From the NCBI GenBank assembly GCA_965202845.1, contig OZ241856.1, forward strand, positions 1,452,012 to 1,516,011: 64,000 bases of DNA. The letters are read 5' to 3'. A program made the translations under genes and the position numbers. Within the stretch, counting starts at the first letter, position 1. Each line of letters opens with the position of its first letter. Positions 19,338 to 27,136 of this stretch are shown here, piece after piece. The notes under the pieces were generated by a model that was given only the letters and a program-made list of their open reading frames with translations, was not told the DNA's origin and made no database searches. Origin of the DNA: Candidatus Marinacidobacterium sp. Its GTDB lineage: Bacteria; Acidobacteriota; Vicinamibacteria; Marinacidobacterales; Marinacidobacteraceae.

Positions 19338-20528
19338 TCAGGTGGGCGGGCCCGGTTCGTGCTGGATCATGCAGTGGACGCCGCCGCCGCCGAAGTTCGC
19401 CGCCCGCGGATCGAAGCCGAGCACATGCCGGCCGGGGAACGCCGACTCCAGCATCCGCCGCGCCCGTTCGTCCTTCGCCCGAACCGACTCGGGGAGGCCC
19501 GGTCGCCAGTAGCGGGGGGCGAGCGTCAGCCCATTGGTCGTCTGGAAGTTCAGGTAGCTGGTCGCCCCGATCACCCGGAGCAGGCCTTCCGCCGGCGCCC
19601 CAGCGAAGTCGCGGAGCGCGTCGAAGACGCCGTCCCCCGGCCCCACGTCCGCGAACAGCGGATCGGGGACCGGGAGGCGCAGAATCCGGAAGGGCCTGCC
19701 GTGCGCGTCGCGGGCCAGGAGCAGTCGTCGATGGTTCTCCTCCAGACGCTCGTGGGCGGCGGCCGCGAGCCGGTCGCGCTCCCGCTCCTCCGGGGCGACT
19801 TCGGCGAGCAGGATCGTTTCGGGGTCGGCGAAGCGGGCGAATTCGTCCACGTGGCCTCCGGTGCCCATCGCCGTCCAGGCGCCGCTGCCGGGAAGCGGCC
19901 CGCCGAGCGCGTGGTCGTCCTCGGGCATGCCCCGGTCCAGCCACACGATCTTCTCCGCGCCCAGAACCCGCCGGTATTCGGCCTCGATTTCGGCGCGGGT
20001 CCAGTCCGGGTTGCGCTGACGCTCGACCGCCTCCACCAGCAGCAGCGCGCCCTCCCCGTTGCACTCGCGGGCGCCTCCCTCGCTGACCAGCGGCGACCGC
20101 ACCACCGGAATTCCGAGCCGCTCCGCCGCCAGGCGGGGGATCGCGCCTTCCAGCCGGGAGGCCGGGGCGTCCCGACCCGCGTACCCCCACATCGTGAACG
20201 CGAACTCCGCCACCCGGCGTCCGCCGCGGTCCCCCTCAAGGAAGATCGGGCCCGTGTCGCGCAGCCAGACGTCCCCGTGGGGAATCGGATGCATCCGAAC
20301 CCGCCCTGCCGGAATCCCGGCTTCCCGGAGCCGGGCGGCGACCCGCTCCGCTTCCGCGTCGTCCTGGACGAGCAGCTCGATCCGCACCCGATCCTGCGCC
20401 GCCGCGAGGATCCGGAGGGTCAGCGGTTCGGTGGGAAGCTCCCGCCGGTTCGGATACGTCGGCCACGCCAGCCACAGCGTCCGCTGCGGTTCGAACTCGG
20501 CGGGAAGCCGGAACCGCTCGCCGCTCAT
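19338..20528 (-). CDS. aguA: Agmatine deiminase
   Basis: PAEFEPQ, WLRDTGP, EGG, TGGHVD, SYLNF, GGGVHCM. Confidence 0.9.
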   Translation of the reverse strand: MSGERFRLPAEFEPQRTLWLAWPTYPNRRELPTEPLTLRILAAAQDRVRIELLVQDDAEAERVAARLREAGIPAGRVRMHPIPHGDVWLRDTGPIFLEGDRGGRRVAEFAFTMWGYAGRDAPASRLEGAIPRLAAERLGIPVVRSPLVSEGGARECNGEGALLLVEAVERQRNPDWTRAEIEAEYRRVLGAEKIVWLDRGMPEDDHALGGPLPGSGAWTAMGTGGHVDEFARFADPETILLAEVAPEERERDRLAAAAHERLEENHRRLLLARDAHGRPFRILRLPVPDPLFADVGPGDGVFDALRDFAGAPAEGLLRVIGATSYLNFQTTNGLTLAPRYWRPGLPESVRAKDERARRMLESAFPGRHVLGFDPRAANFGGGGVHCMIQHEPGPPT

Positions 20529-20574
20529 GGAACCATGCCCCGCCCAATATACTCCGGGGGAGCGCGTGCGGCGG

Positions 20575-20832
20575 ATGCAACCGGGGGACATGGAAGAGCT
20601 GGCAGGGGTGCGCCTCGCATCCGGCGCGGCCGCCTGGAAGCGTCTCGCGGCCTTCGCCGAACGGGTGAGCCGGAATCCACCCGAAGTCCTGTCCGGGACG
20701 CCGGCCGCCACCGGCGACTGCCCGCTCCGCGCCGACCGGGAGGGAGGGGAGCGGGCTCTGCCGCCGATCGATCTGGAGCGGGTCGCCCCGGAGCACCGGA
20801 ACGGCCTGCTGCTCGTTCCCCGCGTCCTTTGA
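20575..20832 (+). CDS. gatC: GatC-like subunit (divergent)
   Basis: Small ORF ending PLRAD...APEHRNGLLLVPRVL immediately before gatA. Confidence 0.65.
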   Translation: MQPGDMEELAGVRLASGAAAWKRLAAFAERVSRNPPEVLSGTPAATGDCPLRADREGGERALPPIDLERVAPEHRNGLLLVPRVL

Positions 20833-22250
20833 GTCCGCCGCCGCCGAAGACGGTGGCCGGAGGCGACCTGCGGCGCCTCGGCGCCCGGCTGCGGAACCGG
20901 GAGATCGACGCGACGGAAGCCGTCCGGCTCGCGCTGGATCGCATCCGGAGCGTCGAGAACGAGGTGCGCGCCTTCCTGCATCTGGACTCGGAGGGGGCGC
21001 GCGCCCGGGCGCGAGAGCTGGACCGTGCGCCCGCCGAGCAACGGGGGGCGCTCCACGGCCTGCCGATTTCCGTCAAGGACAACATCGCCATCCGGGGGAT
21101 GCCGCTCACCTGCGCCTCGGCCCTCCTCGACGGGTTCGTCTCTCCCTACGACGCCACCGTCGTCGCCCGGCTGCGCGACGCCGGAGCGGTCCTCCTCGGC
21201 AAGACCAACCTCGACGAGTTCGCCATGGGGTCCAGCACGTCCAGCGGCTACCGGGGCGCCACCCGCAACCCCTGGGACACCGCCCGGGTTCCCGGAGGCT
21301 CTTCCGGCGGAGCGGCCGCGTCGGTGGCGGCCGGGATGGCGGCGGCGGGCATCGGCACCGACACCGGCGGCTCGCTGCGGCATCCGGGAGCGCACTGCGG
21401 CCTCCATGCGATCCGCCCGACCTGGGGGCGGGTCTCCCGCTTCGGAGTCACCGCCTATGCGTCGTCGCTGGATCAGGTGGGTTGTCTCGCCTGGGACCTG
21501 CCGGACCTCGCCGCCGTCCTCTCGGTCCTTTCCGGCTCCGATCCCAGGGACGCCACCTGCAGCCGGCGACCGGTTCCCGACTTCCTGACGGCCGCCGCGT
21601 CGCCTGCGTTGCCGGAAAGCGTCGCGATTCCCGCGGACGCCGACCGCCCCGGGCTCGACCCGGAAGGCGAGCGGGCCTACGCCCGCTGCGTCGCCCGCCT
21701 CGAAGAGGCCGGCGTCCGGATTCGGGAGGCGGCGCTGCCCGACTGGGGACTGGCGGTCGCCACCTACTACGTGCTGGCCTGCGCCGAGGCGAGCTCCAAT
21801 CTGGCGCGTTTCGACGGCGTTCGCTACGGCAGAAGGCGTCCGCCCGATCTCGTCGAAAGCCGCACCGCCGGATTCGGCCCCGAAGTGCGGGAGCGGATTC
21901 TCCTCGGCGCCGGGTGCCTTTCGAGCGGCTACGAGGACGAGGTCTACCAGGCGGCCAAACGGCGGCGCGCCGCATTCCGCGCCGAGCTGCTGGAGATTCT
22001 GGAAGCTTCGGACGCGATCCTGCTTCCGGTGGCGGTGGCCCCGCCCCGGCGTTCCGACGACCGGGAGGCGGCCCGGCGGGAGTACGAGGACGACCGCTGC
22101 AACATCCTCGCCTCGCTGGCCGGCCTGCCCGCCCTCGCGGTTCCCGCCGGGAGCTGGCGGGGCCTTCCGTTCGGCGTCCAGTTCGTGGGGGCGCCGTGGC
22201 GCGAGGATCAGCTCATCCGGTTCGCCGGTGCGTTCGGGGACCTCGCCTGA
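20829..22250 (+). CDS. gatA: Asp/Glu-tRNA amidotransferase subunit A (amidase)
   Basis: KDNI, GKTNLDEFAMGSS, PGGSSGG, GTDTGGS, EASSNLARFDGVRYG, GFGPEVRERILLG; start uncertain (TTG 20829). Confidence 0.88.
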   Translation: MSPPPPKTVAGGDLRRLGARLRNREIDATEAVRLALDRIRSVENEVRAFLHLDSEGARARARELDRAPAEQRGALHGLPISVKDNIAIRGMPLTCASALLDGFVSPYDATVVARLRDAGAVLLGKTNLDEFAMGSSTSSGYRGATRNPWDTARVPGGSSGGAAASVAAGMAAAGIGTDTGGSLRHPGAHCGLHAIRPTWGRVSRFGVTAYASSLDQVGCLAWDLPDLAAVLSVLSGSDPRDATCSRRPVPDFLTAAASPALPESVAIPADADRPGLDPEGERAYARCVARLEEAGVRIREAALPDWGLAVATYYVLACAEASSNLARFDGVRYGRRRPPDLVESRTAGFGPEVRERILLGAGCLSSGYEDEVYQAAKRRRAAFRAELLEILEASDAILLPVAVAPPRRSDDREAARREYEDDRCNILASLAGLPALAVPAGSWRGLPFGVQFVGAPWREDQLIRFAGAFGDLA

Positions 22251-23193
22251 GCGCGTCCCAGCCCCGCCGGGGGAGCGGCGATACGCCGTCCGGCCCGACC
22301 AGCCGGACGCCCTCTTCGGGAGGCGTGATCGCGCCGATCCGACGGACCGGAACGCCGGCCTGCTCCGCTGCCGCCCGGACCGCCGACGCATCGCCGGAGG
22401 CGAACAGGAGTTCGTAGTCCTCTCCGCCGCCGAGCGCCGCCTGGAGTCCCTGGTCGCCGGTTCCGGCCAGCGGCAGCCGCGCGCTCTCGATCCGGGCGCC
22501 GACCCCGCTCGTTTCGGCGAGGCGGCGCAGGTCCAGGGCGAGTCCGTCCGAAATGTCCATCGCCGCGCGGGCGGCGCCCCGGGCCGCCAGCTGCTCCCCC
22601 AGGGCGATGCGCGGTTCGGGGTTCAGGTGCGTTTCGATCCGCCGCTTCTCCTCCGGCGTCGACTCCCGACCGGCGCGCAGCAGCTCCAGGCCGAGCGCCG
22701 AACCGCCCAGGGCGCCGCTCACCCAGAGCGAATCCCCCGGGCGGGCGCCGGAGCGGGTGAGCGGACGGCGACCGGGCGCCAGGGCGCCCAGAACCGTCAC
22801 GTGGACCGCGAGCCGGTCTCCCGTCGTGAGGTTGCCGCCGGCGACCCGCGCGCCGAGTTCGACGGCGCGCTGACCAGCGGCCGCCGCCAGATCCCGGGCG
22901 CGCTCCTCGTCGCCGGGCGGCACGACCTGGGAAAGGAGAACCACCAGCGGCGAGCCGCCCATCGCGGCGATGTCGCTGACCGCGGCGGCCACCGCCCGCC
23001 GTCCCACCGCCCGGATCGGGTGCAGGCGCCGGTCGAAGTGGACGCCCTCTTCGGCGGCGTCGGTGGTGAGCAGCGCCAGCGCCCCGTCGGGCAGCCGGAC
23101 GCCCGCCGCGTCATCCCCCGGTCCGGGGAAGCCCCGGGATCCGCCGGGGAGTCCGTCCAGAATCCGCCGGAGGAGTTCCCCTTCCCGGTTCAG
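22213..23193 (-). CDS. thiL: Thiamine-monophosphate kinase
   Basis: GPGDDAA, EGVHF, SDIAAMGG, RSGARPGD, MDISDGL, GGEDYEL; start uncertain. Confidence 0.9.
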   Translation of the reverse strand: MNREGELLRRILDGLPGGSRGFPGPGDDAAGVRLPDGALALLTTDAAEEGVHFDRRLHPIRAVGRRAVAAAVSDIAAMGGSPLVVLLSQVVPPGDEERARDLAAAAGQRAVELGARVAGGNLTTGDRLAVHVTVLGALAPGRRPLTRSGARPGDSLWVSGALGGSALGLELLRAGRESTPEEKRRIETHLNPEPRIALGEQLAARGAARAAMDISDGLALDLRRLAETSGVGARIESARLPLAGTGDQGLQAALGGGEDYELLFASGDASAVRAAAEQAGVPVRRIGAITPPEEGVRLVGPDGVSPLPRRGWDALRRGPRTHRRTG

Positions 23194-23462
23194 GCGGACG
23201 CCCGCCGTTCGATCTCCCGGAGGCGCTCGCGCACCGTGTCCACCGCCCGGGCGACCGCCTCCCGCTCGCGCAGCAGCTCGTCGCCCACGTTCAAGGCGGC
23301 CAGGATGGCGGCCCGCTCGGTGGAGATGCCGGGAACCGCCTTCCGAACCTCCTCGATCCGTTCGTTCACGAATGCGGCGACCCGGGACAGGTCGGCGCCC
23401 TCGTCGTCGGCGCGGAGCCGGTAGGACCGCCCCGCAACCTGGACTTCGACCTGCTCCCTCAT
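23190..23462 (-). CDS. zapA: Cell division protein ZapA
   Basis: V.V.GRSY.L ... RAAILAALN..DEL. Confidence 0.88.
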   Translation of the reverse strand: MREQVEVQVAGRSYRLRADDEGADLSRVAAFVNERIEEVRKAVPGISTERAAILAALNVGDELLREREAVARAVDTVRERLREIERRASA

Positions 23463-23674
23463 GCCGGTTCCGTTCCCTCAAGCTCCGCGATCCGGCGCAG
23501 GGCGTCCCGAATCTCCCCGCGCTCGCGCTGCAGCAGCCGCACCGCCTCCCGGGCGCGATCCAGTTGCTCCTTCCGCTCCCCCGCCTTTTCGCGCGACGAC
23601 GCCCTGGACTGCACCGCCCGCTCCAGGCGCTCCAGGTCGTCGCCCAGGCCGAGCACCAGATCGGAGGGGCGCAC
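23459..23674 (-). CDS. Short coiled-coil protein, ZapB-like
   Basis: LERLERAV...LQRERGEIRDAL heptads; upstream of zapA with ATGA overlap. Confidence 0.6.
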   Translation of the reverse strand: MRPSDLVLGLGDDLERLERAVQSRASSREKAGERKEQLDRAREAVRLLQRERGEIRDALRRIAELEGTEPA

Positions 23675-23685
23675 CCCGGGAAGCC

Positions 23686-24060
23686 TCAGTCCGCGGCCAA
23701 ACGGGTTTCGAGCGCCTGCCTCGAAGTGGCGACCAGCTGATCGAAGGCGCCCGGATCGTGGATCGCCAGTTCGGCGAGCTGCTTGCGGTTCAACGCGACT
23801 CCGGCGAGCGAAAGCCCGTGGGCGAACTGACCGTAGGGCAGCCCGCGCTCCCGGGACGCCGCCGAAATGCGGGTGATCCAGAGGCGCCGGAAGTCGCGCT
23901 TCCGGTTCCTTCGGTCCCGGTAGGCGTAGCTCAGCGCCCGATCCACCGCCTGCTTGGCGTGGCGGTAGAGCTTCCCGCGCATCCCCCGGTAGCCCCGGGT
24001 CAGCTTGAGGATGCGTCGCCGCCGGTCGCGCCGGTGGGTTCCCCGCTTGACTCTGGCCAT
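23686..24060 (-). CDS. rplT: 50S ribosomal protein L20
   Basis: [27 protein letters not shown]. Confidence 0.98.
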   Translation of the reverse strand: MARVKRGTHRRDRRRRILKLTRGYRGMRGKLYRHAKQAVDRALSYAYRDRRNRKRDFRRLWITRISAASRERGLPYGQFAHGLSLAGVALNRKQLAELAIHDPGAFDQLVATSRQALETRLAAD

Positions 24061-24081
24061 GCTCCCGATCTCCCTTCCCGG

Positions 24082-24276
24082 CTATCCGAGGATCCGCGCG
24101 ATCCGCTTCGCGTCGCCGGCCGCGACCCACGCCCCGCTCCGCAGCCGACGGAGGCGCTTGGGGGACTTCTTGGTGAGGATGTGGTTGTGGTTGGCGCGAC
24201 GACGGCGGATTCGTCCGCTCGCGGTGGTCCGGAAGCGCTTGGCGGCGCCCCGGTGCGTCCTGGTCTTGCGGTTCAT
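24082..24276 (-). CDS. rpmI: 50S ribosomal protein L35
   Basis: [19 protein letters not shown]. Confidence 0.96.
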   Translation of the reverse strand: MNRKTRTHRGAAKRFRTTASGRIRRRRANHNHILTKKSPKRLRRLRSGAWVAAGDAKRIARILG

Positions 24277-24286
24277 GATGGATTCC

Positions 24287-24931
24287 TCATTGAGTCTTCA
24301 AGTCTTCCTCCTCCAGCTCGCTGGCGGATTGCATCGGCCGGGGCGGGCGGCGCATCCGGGGCGCGGGAGCGTCCCCTTTGGGACCCTGCGCCCGCGCCGC
24401 CCGCCGCTCCTCGGAGAGGCGACGGTTCGGGGCGAGGATCATGCTCATCTGGTTCCCGACGATGTTGGACCGGGATTCTACCGTAGCCATGTCCTTCAGC
24501 GCCTCGGAGACCGAATCGAGAATCTGATCCCCGATCTCCCGGTGGCTGCGCTCGCGGGCCCGCTTGAACCAGATCGTCGCCTTCACCTTGTGCCCCTCCC
24601 GAAGGAAGCGCTGGATGTTCCTCATCTTCGTTTCGCGGTCGTGCTTGTCGATGATGATCCGGAACTTGACTTCCTTGACCTGGTTCTGCCGATGGTGGCG
24701 CCGGGCTTCCTGCGACCGCTTGCTCTGCTGGTAGACGAACTTGCCGTAGTCCATGATCCGGCAGACCGGCGGGATCTGGTTGGGACGGATCTCGACGAGG
24801 TCCACGCCCCGGTCCCGGGCGATCCGTCGAGCCTCCATCACCGAATACTCGCCGAGCCGCGTCCCCCGTTCGTCGATCAGGAGAACCACCGGGGCGCGGA
24901 TGCGCTCGTTGATTCGGAGGGAACTGTCGAT
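24287..24931 (-). CDS. infC: Translation initiation factor IF-3, non-canonical ATC start
   Basis: [31 protein letters not shown]; GGAGGT SD 5 nt before ATC 24931; in-frame TGA two codons upstream. Confidence 0.93.
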   Translation of the reverse strand: MDSSLRINERIRAPVVLLIDERGTRLGEYSVMEARRIARDRGVDLVEIRPNQIPPVCRIMDYGKFVYQQSKRSQEARRHHRQNQVKEVKFRIIIDKHDRETKMRNIQRFLREGHKVKATIWFKRARERSHREIGDQILDSVSEALKDMATVESRSNIVGNQMSMILAPNRRLSEERRAARAQGPKGDAPAPRMRRPPRPMQSASELEEEDLKTQ

Positions 24932-25011
24932 ACATCACCTCCCGGGTGATGGGTTGGAGGGGCGGATTATCACCGCTCCCGCACGGCGGCGCCAGTGGCG
25001 CGCCCGGAAAT

Positions 25012-26910
25012 CTACGGGGTCACCGCCCTGGAGTCCACCAGCTCGCGGAGTTCGGCGGCGAACGAGTCGGGCGTCAGGGTCCGCTGCCCCTTCGCGCCGC
25101 GGGTCCGCACCGACAGGGCGCCGGACTCCTGCTCGCGGTCGCCGATCACGACCATGAACGGGATCCGGCCCAGCTCCGCCTGGCGGATCTTGTAGCCGAC
25201 CTTCTCGCGCCGGTCATCGAGCTCGACGCGGAATCCCTGCCCGCGAAGGTCCCGGGCCACCCCGGCCGCGTGGTCGCGGTGCGCCTCGGTGATCGGAATC
25301 ACCGTCGCCTGGACCGGCGCGATCCAGACCGGAAAGGCGCCCGCGGTGTGCTCGGTCAGCATGGCGAAGAACCGCTCCACCGAACCGAGGATGGCGCGGT
25401 GGATCACCACCGGGCGCGCCCGGTCGCCGGCGTCGGTCGCGTAGTGGAGGTCGAAGGCCTCCGCCTGCGAGAAGTCGACCTGGATCGTGGCGCACTGGTG
25501 GCTGCGCCCCAGCGCGTCCCGCACATGGAAGTCGATCTTGGGGCCGTAGAAGGCGCCGTCGCCCTGGTTGAGAACCCAGCGAACCCCGGAGCGATCCAGA
25601 GCCTTGCGGAGCGCCTCTTCGGCGGCGTTCCAGGTCGCCTCGGTCCCGACTGACTTCTCCGGCCGGGTCGAAAGCTCCACCATGAGATCCCCGAAGCCGA
25701 ACTCCCCGTAGACCTCCGCCACCAGCTCCATGAGTTCGAGAATCTCCCCCTCCAGCTGATCCAGCGCGCAGTAGATGTGGGCGTCGTCCTGGGTGAAGGC
25801 GCGCACCCGGGTGAGTCCCGAAAGCACCCCGGAGGGTTCGTTCCGATGGCAGTGGCCGAACTCGGACAGCCGGAGCGGCAGGTCGCGGAAGGAGCGGATC
25901 GCCGATCGGTACACGAGCGCGGCGCCCGGACAGTTCATCGGCTTGATGCCGGCGCGCTTCTCCTCCGACTCGACGAAGAACATGTTCTCGCGGTAGTGGT
26001 CCAGGTGCCCGCTCCGGACCCAGACCCGTTCGTCCAGGAGTAGCGGGGTGCGAATCTCCTGATACCCGCGGGCGTCGAGCTTCTCCCGCATCGCGCCCAG
26101 CAGCAGGTTCACGATCCGCATCCCGGCCGGAAGCCAGAAGACCTGGCCGGGCGCCTCGCCCAGAATCAGGAAGAGACGCTGGTCGCGCCCGATCCGGCGG
26201 TGATCCCGCTTCCGGGCCTCCTCGATCCGGGCGAGGTGCGCCGCCAGCTCCTTCCGGTCGGGGAAGCTGGTGGCGTAGATCCGCTGCATCGGAATCCCGG
26301 CGCTGTCCCCCTTCCAGTACGCCTGGGAGCTGGACATCACCTTGAGCGCGCGAATCACCCCGGTGTGGGGCACGTGCGGCCCCTCGCAGAAATCGAGGAA
26401 ATCCCCGACCCGGTAGCAGGAAACCTGGTCGTCGCCCTTCTCGCGGATCAACTCCACCTTGAACGGCTCGTTCTGCTCCTCGAAGATCCGAATCGCCTCG
26501 TCCTTGTCGAGGATTTCGCGGGTAAAGGGCTGGCGCTCCCGCACCAGCTCGCGCATCCGCTTCTCGATCCGCTCGAGGTCCTCGGGGGCGAACGGCTCGT
26601 CGACCCGGAAGTCGTAGTAGAACCCGCCCTCGATCGGCGGGCCGATCCCGTACTGGGCCTTCGGAAAGAGGTCCTTGACCGCCGCCGCCAGCAAGTGGGC
26701 CGAGCTGTGCCGAAACACGTGGAGGCCGTCCGCGTCCCCGGGGGTCAGGAAGCGGACTTCGCCGTCGGCCTCCGGGCAGGCGGCGAGATCCACTTCGCGC
26801 CCGTCGAGGACCGCCACGATGGCCCCCGGCGGCGCCACCGAAGCCAGGGGCGCCCCCCTTTCGACTTCGAGGGCGCGTTCACCGGCGGTGAGGCGGATGG
26901 GAGAAGTCAT
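25012..26910 (-). CDS. thrS: Threonine--tRNA ligase
   Basis: RHSSAHLLA, CEGPHVP, RDHRRIG, KPMNCP, RVRAFTQDDAH, FYGPKID, HRAILGS.ERF. Confidence 0.98.
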   Translation of the reverse strand: MTSPIRLTAGERALEVERGAPLASVAPPGAIVAVLDGREVDLAACPEADGEVRFLTPGDADGLHVFRHSSAHLLAAAVKDLFPKAQYGIGPPIEGGFYYDFRVDEPFAPEDLERIEKRMRELVRERQPFTREILDKDEAIRIFEEQNEPFKVELIREKGDDQVSCYRVGDFLDFCEGPHVPHTGVIRALKVMSSSQAYWKGDSAGIPMQRIYATSFPDRKELAAHLARIEEARKRDHRRIGRDQRLFLILGEAPGQVFWLPAGMRIVNLLLGAMREKLDARGYQEIRTPLLLDERVWVRSGHLDHYRENMFFVESEEKRAGIKPMNCPGAALVYRSAIRSFRDLPLRLSEFGHCHRNEPSGVLSGLTRVRAFTQDDAHIYCALDQLEGEILELMELVAEVYGEFGFGDLMVELSTRPEKSVGTEATWNAAEEALRKALDRSGVRWVLNQGDGAFYGPKIDFHVRDALGRSHQCATIQVDFSQAEAFDLHYATDAGDRARPVVIHRAILGSVERFFAMLTEHTAGAFPVWIAPVQATVIPITEAHRDHAAGVARDLRGQGFRVELDDRREKVGYKIRQAELGRIPFMVVIGDREQESGALSVRTRGAKGQRTLTPDSFAAELRELVDSRAVTP

Positions 26911-26937
26911 GCAATTGGGGACCAAGTGGGGGCCAAG

Positions 26938-27012
26938 TGGTAGGCGCGGGCGGATTTGAACCGCCGACTTCTACCGCGTCAAGGTAGCGCTCTCCCCCTG
27001 AGCTACGCGCCT
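26938..27012 (-). tRNA. tRNA-Val(GAC)
   Basis: AGGCGCGTAGCTCAG...CTACC-TT-GAC-GC-GGTAG...GGTTCAAATCC...GCGCCTACCA; cloverleaf with encoded CCA. Confidence 0.97.
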
Positions 27013-27032
27013 TCCGATTCGGGAATCGCCCA

Positions 27033-27041
27033 ATTCTAGCA
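27033..27041 (-). promoter_or_regulatory. Extended -10 promoter (TGcTAGAAT) for the tRNA-Val/thrS unit
   Basis: TG-n-TAGAAT about 20 nt upstream of the tRNA 5' end. Confidence 0.5.
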
Positions 27042-27136
27042 GGCGACGGCGCCCGATTCGGGGAGTTTTTCCCCATTTCCCCGGCAATTTCGGGTTCCGG
27101 CGCACGGAATTGCGCTCCCGTGCGTGTATGTCTTGC

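Noticed and set aside
20575-22250. gatCA without gatB as a novel amidase system
   Set aside because: gatB is often encoded separately, and the GatA signature motifs are canonical.
26911-26940. Short tandem CCACTTGG repeat at the tRNA-Val 3' end as an integration scar
   Set aside because: Only ~8-11 bp, no integrase, and no second tRNA 3' fragment found in the window.
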